DNA from: Eledone cirrhosa
Taxonomy: Eukaryota
Length of the DNA stretch: 64,000 nucleotides
Assembly: GCA_964016885.1 (NCBI GenBank)
Contig: OZ024742.1
Coordinates: 350,672,001-350,736,000, forward strand
Reading direction: 5' to 3'
Under the pieces are notes generated by a model. The model did no database searches, had not been told where the DNA came from, and was given only the letters and a program-made list of their open reading frames with translations. A program made the translations under genes and the position numbers. Shown in pieces: positions 28,151-42,190 of this stretch. Every line of letters starts with the position of its first letter. Position 1 is the stretch's first letter.

Positions 28151-29269
28151 TAAAAACAATACAAATAAGAATAAAGTGAAGAAGAAAAGAGCTTGTAATA
28201 AGAATATAAATATGAAAATTAGAAACATCAAATAAGAATAACCAGAAATAAGAAAAATAAAAACAAACTCCTACACTTAAAACATGATTCATTATTCCAA
28301 AAAGACCATTTCCTGTCGCTTGAAATATTCAGACTTAATTCCTACGTCGATGAAAAACAAAAGTATCTTTGAAATGTCCAATGCCCATTCTCGCTAAAGA
28401 AACTGATATCGAAGATGTAAGACAAAGGAAAGACAAAGGAAAGACGAAAGTATACTAAACGGCTTTCTCAGTATTTCTATATTATTAACAATTCTTGTCT
28501 GTTTTCATCCGATTTCTAGGTTCCAGTTTATCGTATTCATGATCAGGGGAATAGTAAGTAGGTTTTGTTCGGTTTATTACATAGACACTACTATCTGAAT
28601 CAATGAAGAGAGGGTATCGAACCGCAAGAAAGAGCAGCTAAATATCGTTGAAATAAGGCCTAAAATAAAGGAAGATATTTAATTAAAGTTCCTCTGTGTG
28701 TCATCTTCCCATAATCTCTCATATGATGTAGAGTTTGATCGCGTGACCTAGCGAGACATCACTAAGATGTCTATTTACTTCTTCGAGAATGCTCCCAAGT
28801 CTGATGTTACCGATAAGAAAATCGGAAGACAAAACGTCGTTTATCAACACAAAGCGCAGAACAGAATTTCTTTTGTCTCCACTGCAACCGGGTTTGTTTG
28901 TACTATAGGTCTGGTCAGCAAAAAGTGAGCTTGCAAATGGCATGGGCAGTTTCCTGAATAAAGCTTCATATGAAACGCGAAGCTCTGGACTCCTTCTAAA
29001 CAAGAAGAACTACAACATTGTGAAGTATACAAATTAGTTTAAATATAGTGACGTTCATAAGTTAAATGTCGGTATTATGTGACACGCTTGAAGTCAATTA
29101 TTCGTGTTCATTGACCAAGTATATATTTAATTCAGTAAATTGCAATTGCATTATCTATTTCCAATAACAAAAAAGAAACTACCTAGAGTAAATAAGAGTA
29201 AAGGAGGGAGAGAGAGACAAATTAAGGCGCCAGTGTAAGCGATATATATCACAAGCGCTCCATGGACAA

Positions 29270-29620
29270 AGTGGAGAAGGCCGCTCAATCAGACATAACT
29301 GTCAATGCTGCTAACTATAAGGTGTTGGAGTGGATCCCGAGGCCTTGATTAGAGAATATGAGCAGATGAAGACTGTAGACTTACGAAAAAGTGTCTACGA
29401 AGTCTTATAAAATCAGGTCAATCCTAAAATAGATGAATTAACGTCTCCCGACTCCATACCACCCACATATATGGACTCGTAGCTCTCCAGACCTAAATCG
29501 TTTGTGCTACGAATTAGTCACAAGGAATGCCAATGCACCCATCACACTATAAAATCTCTAGAATCCGCCATAAATAACACAATATCCAACATATTAAAGA
29601 TCCTCTGAATCATGGCAATT
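29270..29620 (+). pseudogene. Decayed Tc1/mariner transposase C-terminal fragment
   Basis: Broken translation TVNAANYKVLE...PPHIWTRSSPDLNRLCY...HHTIKSLESAI resembles the WPPxSPDLNPxDY motif. Confidence 0.6.
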
Positions 29621-29865
29621 TATTTCTTTGATACCTCTTCGTCTTTTACTAATGTCTTGCAAAGCAAATAATCTTAAAGAACTGAGCAAGACAGACTGAC
29701 CAAGATGATCTCAGTGAATAACCAAATGATGTATATGTTTCAACATAGCCCCTCCCTGGGGACAAGCAAGTCAGTTATTAATAAGAAGTGGTGAAATTAA
29801 TGTAAGATTTCGCATCTCTTGTATTATCCTTCATAATCAGTCTATGGACATTTCAGCCCACACTC

Positions 29866-29911
<46 letters not shown>

Positions 29912-29916
<5 letters not shown>

Positions 29917-30025
29917 GAATAGAATAGAATGAAACGAAATTTCATTTCTCACTCTTAGTACGGCACTTACTTAAATGTATGTATGTATACGTACATACAT
30001 ATATGTATACAGACGTACAGTAGCA

Positions 30026-30065
<40 letters not shown>

Positions 30066-30573
30066 TACAGGTACACATATATATATATGTACGTATCAGT
30101 TTAGCGAACATTTATTATAATGCTCGCTTTGTCGTCCGTTTGTAAACAAACGGACAGCCTGATTTATGCCGTACGGTGTTAAGGCAACCACGTCACATTT
30201 TTGTTCAACACTGACACAGGAACGATGTACTAGTTTCAAGCTTGATTGCTATCGTCAGCACCGTATACCCTTCTGCCAGATGATTGAACGTTCGAAAGTA
30301 TATACTTTCCTTATGTAAATTAACGGCTGAGTAGCCTAATTTGCATATCGAGTGAGTTCAGTCGGCCAGGCGCACCGAAAACGATAAATGGAATAGAATA
30401 GAATGAAACGAAATTTCATTTCTCACTCTTAGTACGGCACTTACTTAAATGTAAGTATGTATGTATACGTACATACATATATGTATACAGACGTACAGTA
30501 GCATGCATATATATATATATATGCATACAGGCACACACATATATATATGTACGTATCAGTTTAGCGAACATTA
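29912..30573. repeat. About 190-200 bp direct repeat (29912-30111, 30386-30573) enclosing an HHR-bearing segment
   Basis: AAATGGAATAGAATAGAATGAAACG...GTTTAGCGAACATT occurs twice, differing mainly in (TA)n length. Confidence 0.9.
30222..30264 (-). ncRNA. Minimal type-I hammerhead ribozyme motif (H9)
   Basis: acggtg-CTGACGA-tagc[aatcaa]gctt-GAAA-ctag-TA-catcgt: 6-bp stem I, palindromic ACTAGT helix III, GUA site. Confidence 0.8.
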
Positions 30574-30910
30574 TGTGAAATTGTATAAAGTTGGAAGATT
30601 GTCTATTGTCTAATTTATTAAACCAACCTATTGCTTCATTTGTGTTACTCCAGAGCTTGATTATTAGTTGTCTTTTAATTTGTGGTATTATTCTATCTAG
30701 TATAAACTTACAAATTCTGCCTATATCTGATTTGAAGAACATATCAATCTAATAGTAGGGTAGGTTTGGAAGTTACATTTATGATCCTTCTGATTAAAAG
30801 TGGGTTTACAAGGAGTTAGAGGTTCGGTTCTATCGGATATTTTAAATCGGCAACAAAATTTGAGAACATTAGACCAACTTAATTTCATTTATCTATTCCA
30901 TAACCCATTT
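30574..30910 (-). pseudogene. Penelope-like reverse transcriptase fragment
   Basis: Frameshifted KDHKCNFQTYPTIRLI / KSDIGRICKFILDRII...WSNTNEAIGWFNKL...FIQFHI matches the PLE RT pattern KDHKxNF...RLINPxKSxIGxIxKxILD...WxNT...WF...FIxFDI. Confidence 0.75.
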
Positions 30911-31429
30911 TACCACTTGGATCTATTATGATATCACATTATCAGCATCATCATCATTATGATTATGATTATAATTATAATTGTCACCATCTATCAAAGA
31001 ACAACATCAAAACCTCTTATATTTACATTCTTATTTTATATATCTCTATCTTTCACTCTCTATCTCTATATTTCTCTCACTAAATTTATTTCATCTCTGT
31101 CATTCTATTTTATCATATAATATAACTTAAAGCTAATTAATTAATTTATTTATTAAAATAACCAAAATATATTTAACATTATCATATTTTTAACTTCATA
31201 TCTCTTCATATATTCTAACAAATCTCAAAAACCAATCTCAATAATTTTAATATGTTTAAATATTCTTCACAAATTTTTACTTCTTAAGCTTATTTATTTT
31301 CATTTTCCATTTTTCACCTTTTTCATTTTTCACTTGTGTATGTATGTGTATATACGTATATGGATACGTGCATGTACATATTTAATTTTTGTTGATTTCA
31401 ATTACCTCTGTAATTTGTTTACTTTATTC

Positions 31430-31873
31430 TTAACTCTGAGGCCTAGAATCCTTCGGTTTCCTAAATAGAATTTTAGTCTACGACTTCAGCTATACCGTAA
31501 ACGTGGTTTGTGTTTGCGTGTAATTGTTCTCTCCGCACCACATAATGACGTATTATCTTTGTTTTTTCCGTTCATTGCCAGGGAACGTCTCCACGAACCA
31601 CCTAATAGAATATTAGTCTACGACTTCATTTATACCATAAATGTGGTTTTGTCTTTGCGTGTAATTGTTTTCCTCGCTCTAAATAATGACGTATTATCTT
31701 CGTTTTTCCGTTCTTTGCCAGGGAATGTTTCCACGAAAGTATCGTGTTCCTGTCTTCCTTCGGTTGCAACAAATATTTACTTCTGCGTTCACAGATTGAT
31801 TTATTTAGTTTCAGAAGATCCCGTTAAGGGTGAAAGCAGCGATTCTTTGCTTAAACTTTAATCTGTTATTTTA

Positions 31874-31875
<2 letters not shown>
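31430..31875 (+). mobile_element. Family H7 copy with internal tandem repeat and HHR-like fold at 31807-31857
   Basis: agttt-CAGAAGA-tccc[gttaa]gggt-GAAA-gcag[cgattct]ttgc-TT-aaact; homologous to 53278-53700 (-). Confidence 0.75.
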
Positions 31876-31952
<77 letters not shown>

Positions 31953-33074
31953 TGTGTCTTTCTGTCTGTTTGTATGTGTACATACAATCATTATAAATAT
32001 TGTTCGTTGTTATTCGTATGAATTAAGTGACCATCTCAATTTCGATACATTTACAAAGATAGAAGCGTGAAAAAGAAACGTATGTTTGCAATAAATATGA
32101 AGCTTCGTTCTAAGTCAAACGATACTTTAGTGTAATAACGATGAGAATTATGATACAAGTGATATTTCTAAGTGTGTTGAATTTCATACCAGATTCCGAT
32201 ACAGTTTTATACTTATTTCCAATAATAAACATTACCATTAAATTTTGAGGAAGTTATTAAAATGATAGCTGGAAATGTTTCCTTACAGTAAAGAATAAAC
32301 AATTATGTTTCTGCGCTAAATATAATAAATCAATGCTTGGTTGGTTGCTATAATTCATGTGAACTGTTTAATTCAAGCGATGTTAATTTTTACTAACTAT
32401 TTCATAAAAATAATTATATATTAATTGTAATACATTAAAAGCGGACTAAGGTTTCAATAATTATTCTGCTTTGTTAATCATATAGATTATTTATAGATTA
32501 TTTGATGACAGCGCAGATAACATTTTCTTATCTATAACAAGGCCGTCAGAGAATATTCACAAATATGCTATTAAGATTCCCTAAAGCTTACACCTCTGTA
32601 GATGCCACAATGGATAATTTACTCCAAAGACGAGGAGTGATGGTTTTTTGCTAGAATGTCTTGATTGTAAGTGTCTTTAAATAGAGCTGACTTTTTCCTT
32701 ATTACCACTAGACCAACGAGCAGGACTCTCCGAGATCACTGGGCCAGAAAGAAATAGCAATCAACCCATCGTAAGCGACCGTGTTAATAAACTGAAGATC
32801 AGTTTTGATAATGTGATGTTAGATACAGTTTGTTTTGGTAAAATGCCTTTATCATAGCTGGAACGCTTTAATCATCAACATACTTTATTGCAGTTGACTT
32901 GGGAGTAAATTTCAACAGCAACATATACGACAAACACAATGACATGAGAGAATTAAATATTCACCAATCTATCATATTATAATCTGTGTAATGACTATAA
33001 CCCAATGAACGAAGAGCGAAGGAGATATACAGCACTTTGCATTCAATTATTTAAAACGGCAACAAAGAGCAGAT

Positions 33075-33262
33075 GAGCCCATATCAGTGGAGTTGTCCGT
33101 GTCGTTGACTCCAGGACGACCTACCTACTCCCAACCATCGGCATGGAGTTAGCTATCTACCGGTTTCAGCCTATCGAGCAGGAATAGCTCTTCCAACGCA
33201 TCTCTCTCAACATCCTCCACAGAATCGCCTTCTCTATTCTGCCCGCCGGGGCCGCGGGGTTG
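33075..33262 (+). mobile_element. Degenerate 3' fragment of the CRE-like LINE
   Basis: CTCTTCCAACGCATCTCTCTCAACATCCTC (LFQRISLNIL) is homologous to 52010-52040. Confidence 0.65.
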
Positions 33263-33356
33263 GCTTCCATTTGCTTATAACAGTGAGACGTGGGAGAGCG
33301 AGAGAGACGGTGGCAGTGAGTGAAAGAGAGAGAACATCAACATTTATTTACTGACA

Positions 33357-33583
33357 TATAAAATAAAAAAAAAATCATCGCAAGAACAGACGTTAAAACA
33401 GCTAAATCTCTCAAAGACAGCCGAGGGGAAAAGTGCCTCAGGGGACAGAGATCAGCGGCCAGCGGTCAACAGAGAGACACTCCACTGGTCTCTGTCCTCT
33501 GAGGTATTTTTGCTCATCGCTGTCTTTGATAGCACTTAGCTGTTTAGACGGCTGTTCCAGCGATTAGTTTTCTCATATTTATA
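33357..33583. mobile_element. Old hairpin element (MITE-like), about 100-bp imperfect arms
   Basis: 33357-33458 and 33482-33583 are diverged reverse complements with TA at both ends. Confidence 0.65.
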
Positions 33584-35304
33584 AGTATTCAAGTACACCC
33601 ATGCTTCATCTCGATCAGACACAACATTGTTTTGTTTTCATTTACTTATTCATTTATATTTACCTACAAACAAAAAGTTGTACTTGTATTACAAGTGAAT
33701 TATGTAAGAACATATGTTGAAAATGAAGCTACTATTGTGTTGTAAGATAAACTCCCCTCCCCGTTGTTATAAAACCTCTTAATAAAAAAATGGCGGGAAT
33801 GTATGTTACAACCCAATATATCGTGGAATAGGATAACGTAGCATGAGCTATTTCGTTACTTACACACACACACACACTCTCACATACACAATAGACACAT
33901 ATGCACACACAAAATAAATGAAGAATGATATAACGGTTCTCTATATGATTTAAAAAAAACTGGCTAAAACGTCTCTAAAACGTCTCTACTGGCAATAAAT
34001 AAATTAGTTTAAAAGTTTTGTCACGTCAAGGCAAAGTTCTTGAGATATAATTTGATATTAATGAAGTAAATTCAATGGAAAAGTTTGTTAAACAATTAAA
34101 TAGTCTAATAGCTTAAAGTAATTGCTAAATTGATATGGAATTTTATTTGAAAAATTAATTAAAAAGGGAGAGTACAACCTTGCAGTTATGGAATAAAACC
34201 TCATTAAATTTATCATAACCTACTAAATGGTACAATGAGTTAAACAAAAGATAAACACCGATTTCAACTATATAACCAATCATATGTATTCCATTTGTAT
34301 TATGTAGAATATAGAGTTATTGTAAATTGTTATTAGAACAAACCGCAGATAACGTCTTAAAGTGGACATATACAGCGCTGTTTGAAATATTTTAGTGCTA
34401 GAAATGTATCAAACAGAAACTCAACAAATAAATTTTATGGAGTTACATAAATCGTCGTCGTAATTACATGCAACACAGCATCATATTAAATCATATTCAC
34501 TATTTTAAAGCATATTTCGGCTGTTTAAATCTGTATCGACACACAAAACTGATTAACCTCGAGACAGATTGGCTACACATACAGCCCAGCGTCTGTGACA
34601 TGTTATGACTCAGCGAAATCTAAAATTATTGCTTGTCGTCATGTGTTCTACTGGAAATTACTAAGGCAAACGCTAATTGCAAAATCTTAAATTACTAACC
34701 ACCAACCTGAGAAATGAATTTGAAAAATATATCACGCATTTCTCAATCAATTTCATGGAAATTCACTGATATATATTTTGCATAATTTTCATTTAAGGTC
34801 GTCAGAGATACAGTGAACACGACTCCAGTAGAGTGGCGTCTCATAAAAGAACACTAATTAGCTGTGGAAATAATTAGCAGAGTATATAATATATGATTAG
34901 GATTTATTTTTATAACCAACTAATCAGCAACTTCGTACTTGTAGTAAATTAGATGAGTGAACTTACGTTTCTGTGTCAGTCAGTTGGAGAATGTTATATT
35001 CGACCACTAATAGGCGTTAAAAGAATAGAATATTTAGTGCTAGGATAACATATTTTGCAGCAGCTGCCCCGGCTCTCAGGGCCTTAATTTCAAATTCCAC
35101 CGAGGTTAACTTCGTCTTTCCCCGATTCCTGTATGTTCCTGGTTAATCCACAATATGGTTGTTTCAGTTTCATGCCATGGTTTCAAAATAAGTCGCTTGA
35201 CAAATAAATACAACTTAAATATAATCTATTTCTCACTAATTTTGATTTCCATCGACATAATGTGATGTTTAGTACGTAGTAGAAGCTTTTACTAATTGGT
35301 TAGG

Positions 35305-35600
35305 GCACCCAGCTCATGAACGTAAGGTCATGAGATCGCTTCCCGGCGGCGAGTTATGTCCTTCAGCAAAACACTTTATTACTCTATTCAATTCAGCTGG
35401 GAACAAAATGAGATTTAACTGTAATTCAAAGGGCGACACTTGTCCCATTCTGTATCCCGCTGAATCTCCCTGAGTACAACTTTCGGGTACGCCTGTCTGT
35501 GAAATGCTCAACCACTTTCACGTTAATTTCATGAACAGGCAGTTCCGTTATTCGTATCAACTGGAAAGCTCGTCGTCGTAATTAACCGAGAGCCTCTAGG
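35305..35600 (+). mobile_element. SINE family B-related, degenerate
   Basis: GTCCTTCAGCAAAACACTTTATT...TTCAGCTGG core after a decayed tRNA head. Confidence 0.6.
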
Positions 35601-37437
35601 TGTTCCGGCATATAGTTGAACCCAATTATTTTCTGTTTGTTATCTGTATTTGGAGGAAGTGATGAAAGACCGCGACATTTGTCCCCATCTTAACAGTTTC
35701 TACATGTTTATGAAAGGAACAGTATGGCGACATTGAAATATATCAAACATAACTCTGAACAATGTTGAGACTTCAGGAATAGATTGACCGGGGACACGAA
35801 ATACTGTTCCAAAAGCGGAAGGTACTGTTGTTTATTGGATTTTCGTGATATGTAGAAGATAAGGAGGGAACTATTTATAAAATAACATTTAGGATATGCC
35901 GTTCGAAAACATAGCATCGATTATAACTGACCTGGTCCAGCATATATCTCTCTATAGAGAGATAAGAAAAATACATATATAGACATATAATTAGATAGAG
36001 GCATGCAAATAAATATAATTCTATCTGTATCAGTAACCATGTCTGTGAATCCTCATGTGATTGCCAGTGTATATAAAATTCCTATAAACGCAATAGTTAT
36101 AATAAATCGTCTCTATTTTATTTAGTGCTCGTTGTTCTACTCAGATTTTAGACCTAATCACCTCTGCCAAACTAACTTATCGTAATATGACAGCATTCAA
36201 AATTTATTAGTATATCCATGGCAGAAGAGACATAAAATAAACATATCTCTCAATGAATAAGCTTATAACTGGTGAACTTCAACTTCATTTCTTCTGTTAA
36301 TGTTGGGACTTACACTGTAAAAACAGCAAAATAACATGTTATTCTCAAACGTCATGTTGTTAGATCAACTTATGGTAGTATACAGATATCAGAAGTCATA
36401 CTCCTACACTTTCAAAGTTAAAGTCATCACCAAGATAGTGTAGTGATATCAGTAAAAATGTCATTATTCGTTTCGTTGTTCTTTTATTCAGTATGCAATC
36501 ACAATGTAAATACTTTTTGTTGTGACTTTATCGAACAGATATCTGATTGATGAAACAGCTTAAAGGAAACGTTTAATCAGAGATTGTTTGCCTAAACATA
36601 GCTGAGAATAGTATTATTTAAACTGAAATAAAATCAAATCAAATCGTACAGATCTATGATCAATATTGATCAATAATTCAGTAAAACATACTGTTCGTTT
36701 AAGACGATAATGTAGGATTTTTGGAAGATATATCTGCTATAATTAGCAGATCAGGCAATCACGTAAACTGGCTCTAATTGGCAGTCCTCTAGTTTTAAAA
36801 GTTTGCAACTTTCGCTGAAGGTCTGAAACGCAAAAGATAACTGAGGCTTGATGTTTAAGAATTAGGTCATAAGTGGATCTATTTCATAAGAAATGCACTG
36901 GAGGTTATTAAAACGTAAAGTTATTTACTTCTGAAGTCCTCTCTACGAATCTTGCCAAATATTTTTAGTTATTGTTGCTTCTGTGAAAAGTCAATGACAT
37001 TTCGTTGATTGCGTGTTTGTCATTTTATACGATTTGGGGATTTAAAAATAAAATTAAGGATTAGGCTTCTCATGATTTGGAAGAGAAAATAGTCCACACA
37101 GGTCACATTGGATGTGCGATGAAGGAGTTTATCCTCTTCTATTAAAATATTCCACCCCAACTTGATAAGAGAAGGTCACGTTGTACCATTATATGTGTGT
37201 TGTTACCAGGAATTAGAATCGATATTGCTGCTTTTCATAGTATGTTTCAATAATGCTGATACACACACATACTCACGCACACACACATGCGCGCACACAT
37301 ACATACACACACGCATATATATATATTTATATGTATATATATTAAAATAAACAGATTAAAGTTTAAGCAAAGAATCGCTGCTTTAACCCTTAACGGGATC
37401 TTATATATAATTCTGGACTCTTATATATAATTCTGGA

Positions 37438-37495
<58 letters not shown>

Positions 37496-37631
37496 TCCAG
37501 AATTAGCCGTCGAAACGGCTTGAGCTCAACCGTCGGGGTCCTACTCGTTCCTATTACCCACTCTACTACCCTAAGTATTGAGTACTTTGGTGCGTTATTG
37601 TCCACCTGGTTCCTTACTACATTTCCTCCGT

Positions 37632-37685
<54 letters not shown>

Positions 37686-37860
37686 CTGGGCATTTTTATC
37701 TAGTCCATTCAATAACGTCTTATCCAGATCCACACAGATGTATGTATGTATAACATATATGGATTCCGGCCGATAGGTCATTCTCTTTCCGTCTTTAAGG
37801 GTCCTCACCCTATCTTATAAACTGTTTTATAGCAACTCTGCGCATGACCACACAATTCTT

Positions 37861-37898
<38 letters not shown>

Positions 37899-38295
37899 GG
37901 TGTGGGTAAACGAGTATGTGTGATGCATGTGTGTATATGTGGTGTGCATGTGTGTGCATGTGTGTCTGTTGTGTATGTGTGAGTGTGTGTGTGTGTTAGT
38001 AACGAAGTGGCTTCATGCCACTTATTCCCATTTCAGGTGATTAATACAGAGAAAGACACACTATAGTCCTCAGGTGGTAAGATACTATAGAGAAACATCA
38101 TGACAAAACATCTCTTGATATATAGCATCATGGAGACACATATCACATAGATATACAGCCGTCATATATATTTTAAAAGCTCTACTTCCTAGATGTAGAA
38201 TACGGAAAGCATACTTATCTCACTTTAGACCTCGGATATAATGTATTTTTAGTTTGCCGCATTGTAAGTGTTCTTACGAAAATGTAATACTTAGG

Positions 38296-38356
<61 letters not shown>

Positions 38357-38454
38357 CATATATATACATATACACATTATACACACACACACTTGTATAT
38401 ATATACATATTCACATACATGTGTATATATATATATATATATATACATACATGT

Positions 38455-38547
<93 letters not shown>

Positions 38548-38668
38548 TATTTATACATATACTTATACCTACACATACATATATATGTATGTGTAGGTAT
38601 ATATATATATGCAGGAGATTATAAAATAATGATGCATAATACAACGCACACAGTCTTATCATACACTC

Positions 38669-38838
<170 letters not shown>

Positions 38839-39314
38839 TTGTGTGTGTGTACAAACAATAAATATTCAAAGAAACGAAGGTATAATCTTTTAATATAATG
38901 TATATTGTTATTTTTTCAGGAGGAGATTGATGTTCATTTATTTTAGCTGTAAGTATACATCCGGACATACGTAATGTTAGTTGAACAAGATATATGAATG
39001 CCACATCAACTGATATTATCTCACATTAATTATTTAATTTTACTTTTATTTAGTCTAAAGTACATATTTTATCTTTAATAGTCCTCACGCCTTCCTATTG
39101 TGACATATCTCTTTTTATTGAACTACATTCACACATTATATCTTTTACTTCACCTCCACTCTAGATTTCAATAAAAGTGAATAGTGTAAGTTATGGCACA
39201 CATACGTTTCTCAATGACTTTCATGAATTTTTTAACACAAGAATTGAAAGTTGCTTTTTACACATACAGACAACTGGAATGTACTTCAGATCTATTTTGA
39301 AATTATTATGCAGC

Positions 39315-39455
39315 TAACAGTTACGGCCCTTTATGGTCTGAGTTCAAATCCCGCCGAGGTTAACTTTGCCTTTCATCCTTACGGGGTCGATAAAATAAAG
39401 TAGCAGTGGTACACTGGGATAATTGCTGGCCTTGTGCCAAAAGTAGAAACAATTA
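39315..39455 (+). mobile_element. SINE family A, 5'-truncated
   Basis: Family A B-box, core and tail. Confidence 0.9.
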
Positions 39456-41210
39456 TTTGTATTTGGTTGCGAAGCTATCTACATTACTAGAGGAGGCTTA
39501 TGTTATGCGAATCAAGTATATTATATGAGCGACCTTTTCTGTCAACTCTACTAAAAACAAATGAATAATGAAAGCATGAAGGGTGTGGAAGACTTTATAT
39601 GACTGCTAGGTGATATACCTATCGGTCAATATACAAATTTGTTGTAGAGAACAGCCAGTGACACATCTTGCATCGGCCACTCACAGAACTTCTTCAATCG
39701 GAGTCAAACGGTATTTCGAGGTCCGAGGGCACAACAGATATCGTCGGTGACCTGCACAAACAGAAAGATGCGGACATTGGATATTCTGCTACTCTGAGTG
39801 TCGGACGGCAGTGCACAGTTTTATAGTGGAAGCGTTAATTCTAAAGTCGGTGAATGTGTCGCAAGATTTGATGTCCCAGACTTGAAATTTACCTTCGCTG
39901 AAAAGAAAAACGTTTCTCATGCTCGGATGGTTGTCATCAGCACCGTGGGGTGGGAAACCGACTAAGGAATATTTTTCCAGGATTTAGCATATTGGGTCAC
40001 GTACATAAAAATACAGCAACGCCCATTACATATATTATATTAGTATTTATATTAGTATTTTGTTTAGATTTATTCTAGTACAACAGACGGAATGGATACT
40101 GAAACACATGGGTTTGATAGAAGATACAACAAAAACATTCAAGCAGAAGAGAAGCTTGTATTCAAAGCTGTTCTAGTTGGAGGTAGTATGTAGTTTGGTA
40201 AATCAAAGGAGCAGAGGCCATTTGTACAGAGAGAAGTAATATATAATGAACATAACAAGTTTCTATGATATATGTTCAGAAAATAGTTGCAGAAATTATC
40301 TTTGTATTTTTCATATTGTTTAAAATAATTTTGTGAAGAATGGTCGCAATTATATGAACCGTAATTTAATGTTCTATGTACGTCTGTGTTCTAAACAGTA
40401 TCGTCAATTACTGTTGAGCTTTGAAGTAGAATACAACTGATTTGAATTATAGGTTCTGACCGTCATTGAGAAACAATATGCCACACGTGTAGTTATTATA
40501 ACATATTTTCAGACAGTGTAATTTGTGAAGGATGGTAAATTGTGCAAGGATTATGTGTTATATAAGGGCTCCGTTTTGCTTCTGTTAAAAGAGACACGTT
40601 CTTCAAATTAACATCGATAGACGTTTGCAGGATGAGTGTCGATTGAATCAGTGCTCTTGTGGTGGAGATAACCAAACATCTTGTGAAGAATACTTATGTA
40701 TAGATGTAGGTAATACTTAAAAGCTACTTGTGTAATCGTGTGTGGATTTAGAAGAGAGAACCAGATTATCATGAATTTACTGTTATATATATTTATGCTT
40801 CCTACGAATAACCCCGAAGCAAAAGAGATTGATTCAAGTGTACGGTGATATGGGAGAGCGCCTTTGACACACACTAACATAAATCGCTCTGATATAAAAG
40901 GCTCGATCCAAGATATAAGATGTCAGGTAAGTAAACAGACTGACATATTAACAAAAGGATTTTCCTGCAAAACACCACCGGCAGGATTTGAACATAGCTT
41001 TTCTGAAAAGAAATATACTATTGTTTAATGTCGAAATAAAATAGATCTCCAATATATCTGGCTACACGGACACTGCACTGATTGTTAATGAAACGGAAAT
41101 ATCAACTAGGTCACAGATAAGACCTAAGTTTATCTTCGAGATATAGAAAATGATATCGGGAAGTAGATTTTTGACAGTTCTAAAGAAAATAATTTTGGAA
41201 GAAGCGGGAA

Positions 41211-41300
41211 TACTGTGCTGTGTCTCTATACGTTAGATCATACCGTGTTGTGTCTCTATACTTTAGATCAGACTGTGCTGTGTCTCTATACGTTAGATCA
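41211..41300. repeat. 30-bp tandem repeat, 3 copies
   Basis: TACTGTGCTGTGTCTCTATACGTTAGATCA and two close variants. Confidence 0.9.
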
Positions 41301-41694
41301 CATAATAGTATTGGAGGTTTATTCACAGTATACATTTATAAACTCAAATCACTGGGGCGGCAATTTCATTTTCTGTATCCAAAGAATCGATAAAAAAGTA
41401 TTAATTATTTAGTTTAAGATATTCAACTAAGTATAAATATTCACTATATAATTAAATAAAAATATATATAAAACAATAACCTTGTCTTAATAGAAACATT
41501 TCACCTTAAACACTCGCTTCTAAAAGCACAGTTCTGTGTGATATTGTCTTTTGATGAACCTTAATAAGTATCCTTATTAAATTAGATGACATTGTTCTCG
41601 CTCGTAAGTTCTCAGTATTAGCTGATGATATTAAAACATAATTGTTTCTACTTTAGACACAAGGCCAGCAATTAACCAGTGCATTACTGGTACT

Positions 41695-41953
41695 TTGTTT
41701 TGATTTTGCAGCAGGTCAAGGGAGGTAACTTTGGCCGGTGTTAGGGCAGTCTTTCCCGGATAATTTTTTTTTTTTTTTGGATCTCCCTGCAACAAGTCTT
41801 AACACCCCGGCGGGCAGGCGCAGCAAAATAACACCCAGAAAACAATCCTTGCATACCAGACCCAGCCTCAGACAAACGGGAAAAAAAAAAAAAAAAAAAA
41901 AAAAATTATCCGGTCAAAGTTACCTCCCTTGACCTGCTGCAAAATCAAAACAA
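41695..41953. mobile_element. Inverted-repeat element with 44-bp near-perfect termini and inner poly-T/poly-A arms
   Basis: TTGTTTTGATTTTGCAGCAGGTCAAGGGAGGTAACTTTGGCCGG and its reverse complement at 41910-41953 (1 mismatch). It abuts a truncated family A SINE tail. Confidence 0.75.
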
Positions 41954-42040
41954 GATATTTTTGCGAGCAATGAATCTTGATGTGAATTTAACCCCCAAAA
42001 CTCTTTCCGAACTATATAAGGAACACATGTGATTGTTTAT

Positions 42041-42134
42041 GCCCTTGAGAAGCTCAACTGGGCGAAACATACATAGGTGATATTTTAAATAAACATGTTT
42101 TAACGGTCTATTCTCCGATTTTTCACTTTCCCAC

Positions 42135-42135
<1 letters not shown>
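42041..42135 (+). mobile_element. Family H6 copy, HHR at 42041-42078
   Basis: cc-TTGAGAA-gctc[aact]gggc-GAAA-cataca-TA-gg; ends at (TA)n. Confidence 0.65.

Positions 42136-42182
<47 letters not shown>

Positions 42183-42190
<8 letters not shown>

Noticed and set aside
39640-39990. GC-elevated stretch with a minus-strand acceptor near 39900
   Set aside because: All frames close quickly and no motif was recognised; cannot distinguish a UTR exon from an old TE.
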